Positions 48,046-62,331 of a stretch of DNA of 64,000 nt are shown one piece after another. How positions within the stretch are numbered: position 1 is the first letter of the stretch; every line of letters begins with the position of its first letter. The position numbers were made by a program, and so were the translations under genes. The notes under the pieces were generated by a model. It ran no database searches and was not told where the DNA came from. It was given only the letters and a program-made list of their open reading frames with translations. The DNA is taken from the NCBI RefSeq assembly GCF_054482525.1, contig NZ_CM137006.1; one strand, given 5' to 3'.

Positions 48046-48984
48046 ATGAGCACTATTCTTCTTCCGAAAACGCAGCACCTGGTAGTCTTTCAGGAAGTCA
48101 TTAGAAGTGGCTCTATCGGCTCGGCTGCAAAAGAATTAGGGTTAACTCAACCGGCCGTCAGTAAAATCATTAACGATATTGAAGATTATTTTGGCGTGGA
48201 ATTAGTGGTGCGGAAAAATACCGGTGTAACATTAACACCTGCCGGTCAATTGTTACTCTCCCGTTCCGAATCCATTACCCGTGAAATGAAAAATATGGTT
48301 AATGAGATAAGCGGTATGTCTTCTGAGGCGGTGGTGGAAGTCTCATTTGGTTTTCCTTCATTGATTGGTTTTACTTTTATGTCCGGGATGATCAACAAGT
48401 TCAAAGAGGTGTTCCCGAAAGCGCAGGTTTCTATGTATGAAGCGCAACTGTCTTCGTTCTTACCGGCAATCCGCGACGGTCGACTGGATTTTGCGATTGG
48501 TACGTTAAGCGCAGAAATGAAGCTTCAGGATTTACATGTTGAGCCGCTGTTCGAGTCCGAGTTTGTGCTGGTAGCCAGTAAGTCCCGAACATGCACCGGC
48601 ACCACCACGCTGGAGTCGTTGAAGAACGAACAGTGGGTGTTGCCACAAACCAATATGGGGTACTACAGCGAGCTACTTACTACGTTACAAAGAAATGGCA
48701 TCAGTATTGAAAACATCGTTAAAACCGACTCAGTCGTGACAATTTATAATCTTGTTCTCAATGCTGATTTCTTAACTGTAATTCCTTGTGATATGACATC
48801 ACCTTTTGGTTCAAATCAATTTATTACTATTCCGGTTGAAGAAACATTACCTGTGGCACAATATGCCGCGGTATGGTCGAAAAATTATCGTATTAAAAAA
48901 GCAGCATCGGTTTTGGTGGAATTAGCCAAAGAGTATTCATCTTATAATGGGTGTAGACGAAGGCAATTAATTGAAGTTGGTTAG
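48046..48984 (+). CDS. tdcA: LysR-family activator TdcA
   Basis: 312 aa, N-terminal HTH (GSIGSAAKELGLTQPAVSKIINDIE). Confidence 0.93.
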   Translation: MSTILLPKTQHLVVFQEVIRSGSIGSAAKELGLTQPAVSKIINDIEDYFGVELVVRKNTGVTLTPAGQLLLSRSESITREMKNMVNEISGMSSEAVVEVSFGFPSLIGFTFMSGMINKFKEVFPKAQVSMYEAQLSSFLPAIRDGRLDFAIGTLSAEMKLQDLHVEPLFESEFVLVASKSRTCTGTTTLESLKNEQWVLPQTNMGYYSELLTTLQRNGISIENIVKTDSVVTIYNLVLNADFLTVIPCDMTSPFGSNQFITIPVEETLPVAQYAAVWSKNYRIKKAASVLVELAKEYSSYNGCRRRQLIEVG

Positions 48985-49082
48985 TTATTTGTTTTTATTT
49001 AAACATAAATAATCCACCTGTCTGTTTTGCAGGTGTCGGTTACGGTTACCTACATATTTAATTCAGGCTAAGAGGTTTTATA

Positions 49083-50072
49083 ATGCATATTACATACGAT
49101 CTCCCGGTTGCTATTGATGACATCATTGAAGCAAAACAACGACTGGCTGGGCGAATTTATAAAACAGGCATGCCTCGCTCCAACTATTTTAGTGAACGTT
49201 GCAAAGGTGAAATATTCCTCAAATTCGAAAACATGCAGCGTACCGGTTCATTTAAAATTCGTGGCGCATTTAATAAATTAAGTTCACTGACCGATGCGGA
49301 AAAACGTAAAGGTGTAGTGGCCTGCTCTGCGGGCAACCATGCGCAAGGGGTTTCGCTCTCCTGCGCGATGCTGGGTATCGACGGTAAAGTGGTGATGCCA
49401 AAAGGCGCGCCGAAATCCAAAGTAGCGGCAACGTGCGACTACTCTGCAGAAGTCGTTCTGCATGGTGATAACTTCAACGACACTATCGCTAAAGTGAGCG
49501 AAATTGTCGAAATGGAAGGCCGTATTTTTATCCCACCTTATGATGATCCGAAAGTGATTGCTGGCCAGGGAACGATTGGTCTGGAAATTATGGAAGATCT
49601 CTATGATGTCGATAATGTGATTGTGCCAATTGGTGGTGGCGGTTTAATTGCTGGTATTGCGGTGGCAATAAAATCTATTAACCCGACCATTCGTGTTATT
49701 GGCGTACAGTCAGAAAACGTTCACGGCATGGCGGCTTCTTTCCACTCCGGAGAAATAACCACGCACCGAACTACCGGCACCCTGGCGGATGGTTGTGATG
49801 TCTCCCGCCCGGGTAATTTAACTTACGAAATCGTTCGTGAATTAGTCGATGACATCGTGCTGGTCAGCGAAGACGAAATCAGAAACAGTATGATTGCCTT
49901 AATTCAGCGCAATAAAGTCGTCACCGAAGGCGCAGGCGCTCTGGCATGTGCTGCATTATTAAGCGGTAAATTAGACCAATATATTCAAAACAGAAAAACC
50001 GTCAGTATTATTTCCGGCGGCAATATCGATCTTTCTCGCGTCTCTCAAATCACCGGTTTCGTTGACGCTTAA
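49083..50072 (+). CDS. tdcB: Catabolic threonine dehydratase TdcB
   Basis: 329 aa, PLP-binding motif (SFKIRGA). Confidence 0.95.
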
Positions 50073-50090
50073 TTAATTCGTTGAGGATAG

Positions 50091-51425
<1,335 letters not shown>

Positions 51426-51450
51426 TCCGTAACTCAGGATGAGAAAAGAG

Positions 51451-52659
51451 ATGAATGAATTTCCGGTTGTTTTGGTTATTAACTGTGGTTCGTCTTCGAT
51501 TAAGTTTTCCGTGCTCGATGCCAGCGACTGTGAAGTATTAATGTCAGGTATTGCCGACGGTATTAACTCGGAAAATGCATTCTTATCCGTAAATGGGGGA
51601 GAGCCAGCACCGCTGGCTCACCACAGCTACGAAGGTGCATTGAAGGCAATTGCATTTGAACTGGAAAAACGGAATTTAAATGACAGCGTGGCCTTAATTG
51701 GCCACCGCATCGCTCACGGCGGCAGTATTTTTACCGAGTCCGCCATTATTACCGATGAAGTCATTGATAATATCCGTCGCGTTTCTCCACTGGCACCCCT
51801 GCATAATTACGCCAATTTAAGTGGTATTGAATCGGCGCAGCAATTATTTCCTGGCGTAACTCAGGTGGCGGTATTTGATACCAGTTTCCACCAGACGATG
51901 GCTCCGGAAGCTTATTTATACGGCCTGCCGTGGAAATATTATGAAGAGTTAGGTGTACGCCGTTATGGTTTCCACGGCACGTCGCACCGCTATGTTTCCC
52001 AGCGCGCACATTCTTTGCTGAATCTGGCGGAAGATGACTCCGGCCTGGTTGTGGCGCATCTTGGCAATGGCGCGTCAATCTGCGCAGTTCGCAACGGTCA
52101 GAGTGTTGACACTTCAATGGGAATGACGCCGCTGGAAGGCTTGATGATGGGTACCCGCAGTGGTGATGTCGACTTTGGTGCGATGTCCTGGGTCGCCAGC
52201 CAAACCAACCAGAGCCTGGGTGACCTGGAACGCGTAGTGAATAAAGAGTCGGGATTATTAGGTATTTCCGGTCTTTCTTCGGATTTACGTGTTCTGGAAA
52301 AAGCCTGGCATGAAGGTCACGAACGCGCGCAGCTGGCAATTAAAACCTTTGTTCACCGAATTGCCCGTCATATTGCCGGACACGCAGCCTCATTACGTCG
52401 CCTGGATGGAATTATATTCACCGGCGGAATAGGAGAGAATTCAAGTTTAATTCGTCGTCTGGTCATGGAACATTTGGCTGTATTAGGCGTAGTGATTGAT
52501 ACAGAAATGAATAATCGATCTAACTCTTTTGGAGAGCGAATTGTTTCCAGTGAAAATGCGCGTGTCATTTGCGCCGTTATTCCGACTAACGAAGAAAAAA
52601 TGATTGCTTTGGATGCCATTCATTTAGGCAAAGTTAACGCGCCCGCAGAATTTGCATAA
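51451..52659 (+). CDS. tdcD: Propionate/acetate kinase TdcD
   Basis: [23 protein letters not shown]… acetate kinase family. Confidence 0.93.
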   Translation: MNEFPVVLVINCGSSSIKFSVLDASDCEVLMSGIADGINSENAFLSVNGGEPAPLAHHSYEGALKAIAFELEKRNLNDSVALIGHRIAHGGSIFTESAIITDEVIDNIRRVSPLAPLHNYANLSGIESAQQLFPGVTQVAVFDTSFHQTMAPEAYLYGLPWKYYEELGVRRYGFHGTSHRYVSQRAHSLLNLAEDDSGLVVAHLGNGASICAVRNGQSVDTSMGMTPLEGLMMGTRSGDVDFGAMSWVASQTNQSLGDLERVVNKESGLLGISGLSSDLRVLEKAWHEGHERAQLAIKTFVHRIARHIAGHAASLRRLDGIIFTGGIGENSSLIRRLVMEHLAVLGVVIDTEMNNRSNSFGERIVSSENARVICAVIPTNEEKMIALDAIHLGKVNAPAEFA

Positions 52660-52692
52660 TTTAGTTGAAGTATTGTAGAGAGATTATTTTTC

Positions 52693-54987
52693 ATGAAGGT
52701 AGATATTGATACCAGCGATAAGCTGTACGCCGACGCATGGCTTGGCTTTAAAGGTACGGACTGGAAAAACGAAATTAATGTCCGCGATTTTATTCAACAT
52801 AACTATACACCGTATGAAGGCGATGAATCTTTCCTCGCTGAAGCGACGCCAGCCACCACGGAATTGTGGGAAAAAGTGATGGAAGGCATTCGTATCGAAA
52901 ACGCAACCCACGCGCCGGTTGATTTCGATACTAATATTGCTACCACCATTACCGCTCATGATGCGGGATATATTAACCAGCCGCTGGAAAAAATAGTGGG
53001 CCTGCAAACGGATGCGCCATTAAAGCGTGCGCTGCATCCGTTCGGTGGCATTAATATGATTAAAAGTTCATTCCACGCCTATGGCCGTGAAATGGACAGT
53101 GAATTTGAATATTTGTTTACCGATCTGCGTAAAACCCATAATCAGGGCGTATTTGATGTTTACTCACCGGATATGCTGCGCTGCCGTAAATCTGGCGTAC
53201 TGACCGGTTTGCCAGATGGTTATGGTCGTGGGCGCATCATCGGTGACTACCGCCGCGTGGCGCTGTATGGCATTCGTTATCTGGTGCGTGAACGCGAACT
53301 GCAATTTGCCGATCTCCAGTCCCGTCTGGAAAAAGGCGAAGATCTCGAAGCCACTATCCGTCTGCGTGAGGAGCTGGCAGAGCATCGTCATGCGCTGTTG
53401 CAGATTCAGGAAATGGCGGCGAAATATGGCTTTGATATCTCTCGCCCGGCGCAGAATGCGCAGGAAGCGGTGCAGTGGCTCTACTTCGCTTACCTGGCGG
53501 CAGTGAAATCGCAAAATGGCGGCGCGATGTCGCTGGGTCGCACGGCATCGTTCCTCGATATCTACATTGAGCGCGACTTTAAAGCTGGCGTACTCAATGA
53601 GCAGCAGGCACAGGAACTGATCGACCACTTCATTATGAAAATCCGTATGGTGCGCTTCCTGCGTACGCCGGAATTTGATTCGCTGTTCTCCGGCGACCCA
53701 ATCTGGGCGACGGAAGTGATCGGCGGGATGGGGCTTGACGGTCGTACGCTGGTGACCAAAAACTCCTTCCGCTATTTGCACACCCTGCACACTATGGGGC
53801 CTGCACCGGAACCTAACCTGACCATTCTTTGGTCGGAAGAATTACCGATTGCCTTCAAAAAATATGCCGCGCAGGTGTCGATCGTCACCTCTTCCTTGCA
53901 GTATGAAAACGACGATCTGATGCGTACTGACTTCAACAGCGACGATTACGCGATTGCCTGCTGCGTCAGCCCAATGGTGATTGGTAAGCAAATGCAGTTC
54001 TTTGGTGCACGCGCTAACCTGGCGAAAACACTGCTGTACGCAATTAACGGCGGGGTAGACGAGAAGCTGAAGATTCAGGTCGGGCCGAAAACGGCACCGT
54101 TGATGGACGATGTGCTGGATTACGACAAAGTGATGGACAGCCTCGATCACTTCATGGACTGGCTGGCGGTGCAGTACATCAGCGCGCTGAATATCATTCA
54201 CTACATGCACGACAAGTACAGCTACGAAGCTTCGCTGATGGCGCTGCACGATCGTGATGTCTATCGCACCATGGCGTGCGGCATCGCGGGCCTGTCGGTG
54301 GCAACGGACTCCCTGTCTGCGATCAAATATGCCCGCGTGAAACCAATCCGTGACGAAAACGGCCTGGCGGTGGACTTTGAAATCGACGGTGAATATCCGC
54401 AGTACGGCAACAACGACGAGCGCGTAGACAGTATTGCCTGCGACCTGGTTGAACGCTTTATGAAGAAAATTAAAGCGCTGCCAACCTATCGCAACGCCGT
54501 CCCTACCCAGTCGATTCTGACTATCACTTCTAACGTGGTGTACGGCCAGAAAACCGGTAACACGCCAGACGGTCGTCGCGCGGGTACACCGTTCGCACCG
54601 GGCGCTAACCCGATGCACGGTCGTGACCGCAAAGGTGCGGTAGCCTCGCTGACGTCGGTGGCGAAACTGCCGTTCACCTACGCCAAAGACGGGATCTCGT
54701 ACACCTTCTCGATCGTGCCTGCGGCGCTGGGCAAAGAAGATCCAGTACGTAAAACCAACCTTGTCGGCCTGCTGGATGGGTATTTCCACCACGAAGCGGA
54801 TGTCGAAGGAGGTCAACACCTCAACGTCAACGTAATGAATCGGGAAATGCTGCTGGATGCCATCGAGCACCCGGAAAAATATCCTAACCTGACAATCCGT
54901 GTCTCTGGCTACGCCGTGCGCTTCAACGCACTGACCCGTGAACAGCAACAGGATGTTATTTCACGTACTTTTACCCAGGCGCTCTGA
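52693..54987 (+). CDS. tdcE: 2-ketobutyrate/pyruvate formate-lyase TdcE (glycyl radical enzyme)
   Basis: 764 aa; C-terminal glycyl-radical motif RVSGYAV. Confidence 0.95.
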   Translation: MKVDIDTSDKLYADAWLGFKGTDWKNEINVRDFIQHNYTPYEGDESFLAEATPATTELWEKVMEGIRIENATHAPVDFDTNIATTITAHDAGYINQPLEKIVGLQTDAPLKRALHPFGGINMIKSSFHAYGREMDSEFEYLFTDLRKTHNQGVFDVYSPDMLRCRKSGVLTGLPDGYGRGRIIGDYRRVALYGIRYLVRERELQFADLQSRLEKGEDLEATIRLREELAEHRHALLQIQEMAAKYGFDISRPAQNAQEAVQWLYFAYLAAVKSQNGGAMSLGRTASFLDIYIERDFKAGVLNEQQAQELIDHFIMKIRMVRFLRTPEFDSLFSGDPIWATEVIGGMGLDGRTLVTKNSFRYLHTLHTMGPAPEPNLTILWSEELPIAFKKYAAQVSIVTSSLQYENDDLMRTDFNSDDYAIACCVSPMVIGKQMQFFGARANLAKTLLYAINGGVDEKLKIQVGPKTAPLMDDVLDYDKVMDSLDHFMDWLAVQYISALNIIHYMHDKYSYEASLMALHDRDVYRTMACGIAGLSVATDSLSAIKYARVKPIRDENGLAVDFEIDGEYPQYGNNDERVDSIACDLVERFMKKIKALPTYRNAVPTQSILTITSNVVYGQKTGNTPDGRRAGTPFAPGANPMHGRDRKGAVASLTSVAKLPFTYAKDGISYTFSIVPAALGKEDPVRKTNLVGLLDGYFHHEADVEGGQHLNVNVMNREMLLDAIEHPEKYPNLTIRVSGYAVRFNALTREQQQDVISRTFTQAL

Positions 54988-55000
54988 CGCCGGAGGATGT

Positions 55001-55390
55001 ATGAAAAAGATTATCGAAACGCAACGTGCCCCAGGCGCAATCGGCCCTTATGTTCAGGGCGTTGATTTAGGCAGCATGGTCTTCACCTCCGGGCAAATTC
55101 CGGTTTGCCCACAAACCGGTGAGATCCCGGCTGATGTGCAAGATCAGGCGCGTTTAAGCCTCGAAAACGTCAAAGCGATCGTGGTTGCTGCCGGGCTGAG
55201 CGTGGGCGATATCATCAAGATGACCGTGTTCATCACCGATCTGAATGATTTTGCCACCATCAACGAAGTCTATAAGCAGTTCTTCGATGAGCATCAGGCG
55301 ACCTACCCGACCCGGAGCTGTGTGCAGGTTGCGCGTTTGCCGAAAGATGTGAAGCTGGAAATTGAAGCCATCGCAGTACGTAGTGCGTAA
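55001..55390 (+). CDS. tdcF: RidA-family enamine/imine deaminase TdcF
   Basis: MKKIIETQRAPGAIGPYVQGV… 129 aa from internal ATG. Confidence 0.93.
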   Translation: MKKIIETQRAPGAIGPYVQGVDLGSMVFTSGQIPVCPQTGEIPADVQDQARLSLENVKAIVVAAGLSVGDIIKMTVFITDLNDFATINEVYKQFFDEHQATYPTRSCVQVARLPKDVKLEIEAIAVRSA

Positions 55391-55461
55391 AGCCTCGTGA
55401 GCGGGACGGTCGCAAGGTCGTTCCGCTCCACTTCACTGAACGGCAATCCGAGGGTGTGGAT

Positions 55462-56826
55462 ATGATTAGTGCATTCGATATTTTCAAAATTGGGATTGGT
55501 CCCTCCAGTTCGCATACCGTGGGGCCAATGAATGCCGGAAAAAGTTTTATTGATCGGCTGGAAAGTAGCGGCTTATTAACCGCGACGAGCCATATTGTGG
55601 TCGATCTGTACGGGTCGTTGTCACTGACGGGCAAAGGCCATGCCACGGATGTCGCCATTATCATGGGACTGGCAGGAAACAGTCCGCAGGATGTTGTCAT
55701 TGATGAGATCCCTGCATTTATAGAGTTAGTAACGCGCAGCGGGCGGCTGCCAGTGGCATCTGGTGCGCATATTGTTGATTTTCCTGTAGCAAAGAACATT
55801 ATCTTCCATCCCGAAATGTTGCCTCGCCATGAGAACGGAATGCGGATCACTGCCTGGAAGGGACAGGAAGCGCTATTAAGTAAAACCTATTACTCTGTCG
55901 GCGGCGGGTTTATTGTCGAAGAAGAACACTTCGGCCTGTCGCACGATGTCGAAACGTCCGTACCTTACGATTTCCACTCAGCAGGTGAACTGCTGAAAAT
56001 GTGTGATTACAACGGCCTGTCTATATCTGGTCTGATGATGCACAACGAGCTGGCGCTGCGCAGCAAAGCGGAAATTGACGCAGGGTTTGCCCGTATCTGG
56101 CAAGTGATGCATGACGGTATTGAACGCGGGATGAACACTGAAGGCGTGCTGCCTGGTCCGCTCAATGTGCCGCGTCGTGCCGTAGCGCTGCGTCGTCAGC
56201 TGGTTTCCAGCGATAACATCTCTAACGATCCGATGAATGTCATCGACTGGATCAATATGTACGCGCTGGCGGTTAGTGAAGAAAACGCAGCTGGCGGGCG
56301 CGTGGTGACGGCACCGACTAACGGTGCGTGCGGCATTATTCCGGCAGTGCTGGCTTATTACGATAAGTTCCGTCGTCCGGTAAACGAGCGGTCAATTGCC
56401 CGCTATTTTCTGGCAGCGGGGGCTATTGGCGCGCTGTATAAAATGAACGCCTCCATCTCTGGCGCGGAAGTCGGCTGTCAGGGGGAGATTGGCGTGGCCT
56501 GTTCAATGGCGGCGGCAGGGTTAACTGAACTCCTGGGCGGCAGTCCGGCGCAGGTGTGCAATGCGGCGGAAATCGCGATGGAGCATAACCTTGGGCTGAC
56601 CTGCGATCCGGTTGCCGGACAGGTACAAATCCCGTGCATTGAACGTAATGCCATTAATGCCGTGAAAGCAGTAAACGCCGCGCGGATGGCGATGCGCCGC
56701 ACCTCGGCACCGCGTGTTTCACTCGATAAAGTGATCGAGACGATGTATGAAACCGGCAAAGATATGAACGATAAATACCGCGAAACATCACGCGGAGGAC
56801 TGGCCATTAAAGTGGTCTGCGGCTGA
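55462..56826 (+). CDS. tdcG: L-serine dehydratase TdcG
   Basis: [23 protein letters not shown]… Fe-S serine dehydratase family. Confidence 0.93.
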   Translation: MISAFDIFKIGIGPSSSHTVGPMNAGKSFIDRLESSGLLTATSHIVVDLYGSLSLTGKGHATDVAIIMGLAGNSPQDVVIDEIPAFIELVTRSGRLPVASGAHIVDFPVAKNIIFHPEMLPRHENGMRITAWKGQEALLSKTYYSVGGGFIVEEEHFGLSHDVETSVPYDFHSAGELLKMCDYNGLSISGLMMHNELALRSKAEIDAGFARIWQVMHDGIERGMNTEGVLPGPLNVPRRAVALRRQLVSSDNISNDPMNVIDWINMYALAVSEENAAGGRVVTAPTNGACGIIPAVLAYYDKFRRPVNERSIARYFLAAGAIGALYKMNASISGAEVGCQGEIGVACSMAAAGLTELLGGSPAQVCNAAEIAMEHNLGLTCDPVAGQVQIPCIERNAINAVKAVNAARMAMRRTSAPRVSLDKVIETMYETGKDMNDKYRETSRGGLAIKVVCG

Positions 56827-57100
56827 CATTGCTGTCAGCTTTCATCCTTGGGTGCACAAATGTGCACCTTTTTTTTGTGATCTGCCGCAAATAGAGAATG
56901 AATATTCTCTTGCGATTAATTTAGTAGAAAATTCTTATCCATCTCCGTTATTTCAAAGTCTTGATTGTGAAGATTTTCTCTGACCTCGCGCGTATCATTT
57001 CTTTATTCTAATAACTCGCCTGCAAAAACGTAGACCGCATATCGCCTTGATGCGGCTCGGAAAAAAATAATAAGCCCTACAAAATATTGAGCGAGAAATT

Positions 57101-58432
57101 ATGGAAATTGCATCGAATAAAGGCGTCATTGCAGACGCTTCGACCCCGGCGGGTCGTGTTGGAATGAGTGAGAGCGAGTGGCGAGAAGCGATCAAATTCG
57201 ACAGTACTGACACCGGCTGGGTGATTATGAGTATCGGGATGGCGATTGGCGCGGGGATTGTTTTTCTCCCGGTGCAGGTCGGTTTGATGGGATTGTGGGT
57301 ATTTTTGCTCTCATCGGTGATTGGTTACCCGGCAATGTATCTGTTTCAGCGGTTGTTTATTAATACGCTGGCAGAATCACCAGAATGTAAAGATTACCCG
57401 AGTGTCATTAGCGGTTATTTAGGTAAAAACTGGGGCATCCTGTTAGGTGCGCTCTATTTCGTAATGCTGGTGATTTGGATGTTCGTCTATTCCACCGCCA
57501 TCACCAACGATAGTGCTTCCTACCTGCATACCTTCGGCGTGACGGAAGGGTTGCTGTCAGACAGTCCCTTTTATGGTCTGGTACTGATTTGCATTCTGGT
57601 GGCGATCTCCTCACGCGGCGAGAAATTGTTATTCAAAATTTCGACGGGGATGGTGCTGACCAAGCTGCTGGTGGTCGCGGCGCTGGGCGTGTCGATGGTG
57701 GGAATGTGGCATCTGTATAACGTCGGTTCGCTACCGCCGCTGGGGCTGCTGGTGAAAAACGCCATTATTACGCTGCCGTTTACCCTGACGTCGATTCTGT
57801 TTATCCAGACGTTAAGCCCGATGGTGATCTCTTATCGCTCGCGGGAAAAATCAATTGAAGTGGCGCGGCATAAAGCATTGCGGGCAATGAATATCGCGTT
57901 TGGTATTTTGTTTGTCACCGTCTTTTTCTACGCCGTGTCGTTCACGCTGGCGATGGGACATGACGAAGCGGTAAAAGCCTACGAGCAGAATATTTCCGCG
58001 CTGGCAATTGCGGCGCAGTTTATTAGCGGTGACGGCGCAGCGTGGGTGAAAGTGGTCAGCGTCATTCTCAATATCTTTGCTGTAATGACTGCATTCTTTG
58101 GCGTCTATTTAGGCTTTCGCGAAGCAACGCAAGGGATCGTAATGAACATCCTGCGTCGCAAGATACCTGCCGAGAAGATTAACGAAAATCTCGTTCAGCG
58201 CGGCATCATGATTTTCGCCATTTTGCTGGCCTGGAGCGCCATCGTACTGAACGCCCCGGTGTTGAGCTTCACCTCTATCTGTAGCCCGATTTTCGGCATG
58301 GTAGGGTGCCTGATCCCGGCGTGGCTGGTTTACAAAGTACCGGCATTGCACAAATACAAAGGGATGTCTTTGTACCTGATTATCGTCACTGGTTTGTTGC
58401 TTTGTGTTTCTCCGTTCCTGGCATTTTCTTGA
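57101..58432 (+). CDS. cyuP: Putative cysteine/serine transporter CyuP (YhaO)
   Basis: 443-aa HAAAP-family membrane ORF paralogous to tdcC. Confidence 0.9.
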   Translation: MEIASNKGVIADASTPAGRVGMSESEWREAIKFDSTDTGWVIMSIGMAIGAGIVFLPVQVGLMGLWVFLLSSVIGYPAMYLFQRLFINTLAESPECKDYPSVISGYLGKNWGILLGALYFVMLVIWMFVYSTAITNDSASYLHTFGVTEGLLSDSPFYGLVLICILVAISSRGEKLLFKISTGMVLTKLLVVAALGVSMVGMWHLYNVGSLPPLGLLVKNAIITLPFTLTSILFIQTLSPMVISYRSREKSIEVARHKALRAMNIAFGILFVTVFFYAVSFTLAMGHDEAVKAYEQNISALAIAAQFISGDGAAWVKVVSVILNIFAVMTAFFGVYLGFREATQGIVMNILRRKIPAEKINENLVQRGIMIFAILLAWSAIVLNAPVLSFTSICSPIFGMVGCLIPAWLVYKVPALHKYKGMSLYLIIVTGLLLCVSPFLAFS

Positions 58433-58459
58433 TTTACCTGAAATTTTAAGGTTTTTAAT

Positions 58460-59770
58460 ATGTTTGATTCGACTTTAAATCCGTTATGGCAGCGTTACAT
58501 CCTCGCCGTTCAGGAGGAGGTAAAACCGGCGCTGGGGTGTACTGAACCGATTTCACTGGCGCTGGCGGCGGCGGTTGCTGCGGCAGAACTGGAAGGTCCG
58601 GTTGAACGTGTAGAAGCCTGGGTTTCGCCAAATCTGATGAAGAACGGTCTGGGCGTCACCGTTCCCGGCACGGGAATGGTGGGGCTGCCGATTGCGGCGG
58701 CGCTTGGGGCGTTAGGTGGAAATGCTAACGCCGGGCTGGAAGTGCTGAAAGACGCAACTGCGCAGGCAATTGCCGATGCCAAAGCACTGCTGGCGGCGGG
58801 GAAAGTCTCAGTTAAGATCCAGGAACCTTGCGATGAAATCCTCTTCTCACGCGCCAAAGTCTGGAACGGTGAGAAGTGGGCGTGTGTCACCATCGTCGGC
58901 GGGCATACCAACATTGTGCATATTGAGACGCACAATGGCGTGGTGTTTACCCAGCAGGCGTGTGTGACAGAGGGCGAGCAAGAGTCGCCGCTGACGGTGC
59001 TTTCCAGGACGACGCTGGCTGAGATCCTGAAGTTCGTCAATGAAGTCCCGTTTGCGGCGATCCGCTTTATTCTCGATTCTGCGAAGTTAAATTGCGCGTT
59101 ATCGCAGGAAGGTTTGAGTGGTAACTGGGGGCTGCATATTGGCGCGACGCTGGAGAAACAGTGTGCACGCGGTTTGCTGGCGAAAGATCTCTCTTCATCC
59201 ATTGTGATTCGTACCAGCGCGGCATCCGATGCGCGTATGGGCGGCGCTACGCTTCCGGCGATGAGTAATTCAGGCTCGGGTAACCAGGGGATCACTGCAA
59301 CAATGCCTGTGGTGGTGGTAGCAGAACACTTCGGGGCCGATGATGAACGGCTGGCGCGAGCGCTGATGCTTTCGCATTTGAGCGCGATTTACATCCATAA
59401 CCAGTTACCGCGTTTGTCTGCGCTTTGTGCCGCAACGACCGCAGCAATGGGGGCCGCCGCCGGGATGGCATGGCTGGTGGATGGGCGTTATGAAACCATC
59501 TCGATGGCGATCAGCAGTATGATCGGCGATGTCAGCGGCATGATTTGCGATGGTGCGTCGAACAGCTGCGCGATGAAGGTTTCGACCAGTGCTTCGGCTG
59601 CGTGGAAAGCGGTGTTAATGGCGCTGGATGATACCGCCGTGACCGGCAATGAAGGGATTGTGGCTCATGATGTTGAGCAGTCGATTGCCAACCTGTGTGC
59701 GTTAGCAAGCCATTCGATGCAGCAAACGGATCGGCAGATTATCGAGATTATGGCGAGCAAGGCCAGATAA
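58460..59770 (+). CDS. cyuA: L-cysteine desulfidase CyuA (YhaM)
   Basis: 436-aa [41 protein letters not shown]…. Confidence 0.9.
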   Translation: MFDSTLNPLWQRYILAVQEEVKPALGCTEPISLALAAAVAAAELEGPVERVEAWVSPNLMKNGLGVTVPGTGMVGLPIAAALGALGGNANAGLEVLKDATAQAIADAKALLAAGKVSVKIQEPCDEILFSRAKVWNGEKWACVTIVGGHTNIVHIETHNGVVFTQQACVTEGEQESPLTVLSRTTLAEILKFVNEVPFAAIRFILDSAKLNCALSQEGLSGNWGLHIGATLEKQCARGLLAKDLSSSIVIRTSAASDARMGGATLPAMSNSGSGNQGITATMPVVVVAEHFGADDERLARALMLSHLSAIYIHNQLPRLSALCAATTAAMGAAAGMAWLVDGRYETISMAISSMIGDVSGMICDGASNSCAMKVSTSASAAWKAVLMALDDTAVTGNEGIVAHDVEQSIANLCALASHSMQQTDRQIIEIMASKAR

Positions 59771-59791
59771 ACGCCAGGTTTTGGGTATCGT

Positions 59792-59880
59792 GCCGGATGC
59801 GATGCTGGCGCATCTTATCCGGCCTACGAATTGCACAATTTGTTGATGTTGTTGGGTTTTGTAGGCCGGATAAGGCGTTT
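59792..59880. repeat. REP elements; the distal REP is interrupted by the IS element and resumes at 61314
   Basis: gccggatgcgatgctggcgcatcttatccggcctac … gtaggccggataaggcgttt | IS | gtttacgccgcatccggc. Confidence 0.8.
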
Positions 59881-60635
<755 letters not shown>

Positions 60636-60739
60636 ATCAGCATACTTGTCCTTAGCCTTCTGCAGTGACAGCTGGTAGTACAGCGTGCTTCTGGCCAGCC
60701 CTGCAGCCTTTAACAGGTCAGACTGGCAGTGTCCGCACC

Positions 60740-61261
60740 TCAGGCTCCGGATGACTTTCGTTTTTTCTCCAGCTCCTGGCGCTTTTTTTCCAGGAGATGC
60801 TCCTGCATGGCTTTCAGATATGCATTTTCTGCGCGAAGATAACGCAGCTCATTCTTCATCTCTTCCGGCGTCATGTTTGCCTCGTTTTCATGGGTATCAT
60901 CAGAACGGGTCATGCTTTTCTCCTTCCTGCGCCTGATAAAGGCCTCATTACCAGATTTGCGGTAGCCTTTTATCCAGTTTTTAACCGTGTTGTGGCTGGG
61001 AATGTTAAACCGGGCAGCTACCCGGGGTAGAGACTCAGAATGCCCGAGAGCATAAAGAACCACGCAAAGTTTATCTTCAGGAGAATAGCTACGCTTGTGT
61101 CTGCAATCCAGTGCCCGAGGACCGTGAAGAAGAAAAAGATTAATCCAGTGTGAGAGGCTGGTGTGAGAAAGTTGAAAGAGTTTTGCCGTAGAAATGATGC
61201 CTGCATGACCAGCCAGGTAGTGATTTACAGCGGCAAGTTTTACTTCAAATGAATGTTTCAT
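60740..61261 (-). CDS. insJ: IS3-family transposase OrfA (HTH), IS150 InsJ-like
   Basis: MKHSFEVKLAAVNHYLAGHAGIISTAKLFQLSHTSLSHWINLF… 173 aa. Confidence 0.88.
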   Translation of the reverse strand: MKHSFEVKLAAVNHYLAGHAGIISTAKLFQLSHTSLSHWINLFLLHGPRALDCRHKRSYSPEDKLCVVLYALGHSESLPRVAARFNIPSHNTVKNWIKGYRKSGNEAFIRRRKEKSMTRSDDTHENEANMTPEEMKNELRYLRAENAYLKAMQEHLLEKKRQELEKKRKSSGA

Positions 61262-61338
61262 AAACTGCACCTTCAGATGTCAGATTATGTCCAACATTTG
61301 GGGTGCAGTTCAGTTTACGCCGCATCCGGCACCTGTCT

Positions 61339-61503
61339 TTACGCGGTAGCTTCATCCTCGGCTAAACGCGTTTCAGCATCCGCGACGATGGCTTCCAGCT
61401 CGCTCAACATCTCTTCATAGCCAAAACTATTGGCGGTGCGAGCAGGTTCTTTCGCCACCACGGGCTTCACTGGCTGACGCTTTTTGGCCGATTTTTTACT
61501 CAT
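61339..61503 (-). CDS. yhaL: Small protein YhaL (54 aa)
   Basis: Manual translation of minus strand: MSKKSAKKRQPVKPVVAKEPARTANSFGYEEMLSELEAIVADAETRLAEDEATA; below track size cut-off. Confidence 0.6.
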   Translation of the reverse strand: MSKKSAKKRQPVKPVVAKEPARTANSFGYEEMLSELEAIVADAETRLAEDEATA

Positions 61504-61525
61504 CATCATCTCCCTGTAAAAACAA

Positions 61526-62227
61526 CTAGACAGGCAAATCTATCAGCAAAGCGCGCAGTGGGGAATCGGCAACCAGCGTAATGTTAGCCTCGTCACGAAT
61601 AAACGCCCCATCACCGCAGGTCAGCGCTGCTTTCTCTTCATAATGCGTAAGCGCATGAAATTTCCCGTGAATCGATTGCAAATACGCGCGTGGCCCATGC
61701 AACTGGAAATTCGCACTTTCGCCTTTGTCGAGCACAATATGATGCAGCCATACTTGCTGGCGCAATTGCAGGCTTCCCATCGCACCCTCTGGCGAGGCAA
61801 TTAATTGCTGCTTGCCCATATTAAGCGCCAGCTTTTGAATCAGCGGATTCTCTCGCTGCGGGCAGGCATCCAGCCAAAGCTGCATTCGCGTTAACGGTTT
61901 GTCTTTGCTGAGATTGTGTTCGCTATAGCTGACACCCGGCTGGGTAGAGAGCAGCAACACCTCACCAGCGCTGGCCTGAACATGATTGCCTTCGCTGTCG
62001 CGATACTCAGCTTCTCCATCCAGAATCACATTTAAAATATCGACTTTGGGATAGGTTCGCGGCTGAAAGGCGGCACCTGGGGCCAGCACTTCCTGGTTAA
62101 GCACGCGCAGGGAGGCATAGCCTAACAATTTCGGGTCGAAGTAGTGTCCAAAGGAAAAAGTATACCGGGCCTGCAACCATCCGTAGTCTGCTTGTCCACA
62201 CTGCCTGGCAGTTCGGGTAGTAATCAT
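61526..62227 (-). CDS. yhaK: Pirin-like cupin protein YhaK
   Basis: 233-aa ORF, bicupin/pirin family. Confidence 0.9.
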   Translation of the reverse strand: MITTRTARQCGQADYGWLQARYTFSFGHYFDPKLLGYASLRVLNQEVLAPGAAFQPRTYPKVDILNVILDGEAEYRDSEGNHVQASAGEVLLLSTQPGVSYSEHNLSKDKPLTRMQLWLDACPQRENPLIQKLALNMGKQQLIASPEGAMGSLQLRQQVWLHHIVLDKGESANFQLHGPRAYLQSIHGKFHALTHYEEKAALTCGDGAFIRDEANITLVADSPLRALLIDLPV

Positions 62228-62331
62228 AATTCTTGACCTCTCTTTACTTCCTTTTATGGTAAGGGGCTGGACGCTACATTGTTAGCCAGATATTCTGCCC
62301 GGTATGTTCAAATTTCCTGAATGAGAACGAA

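Noticed and set aside
53842-54948. 368-aa minus-strand ORF inside tdcE
   Set aside because: Antisense shadow ORF
58510-59295. 261-aa minus-strand ORF inside cyuA
   Set aside because: Antisense shadow ORF
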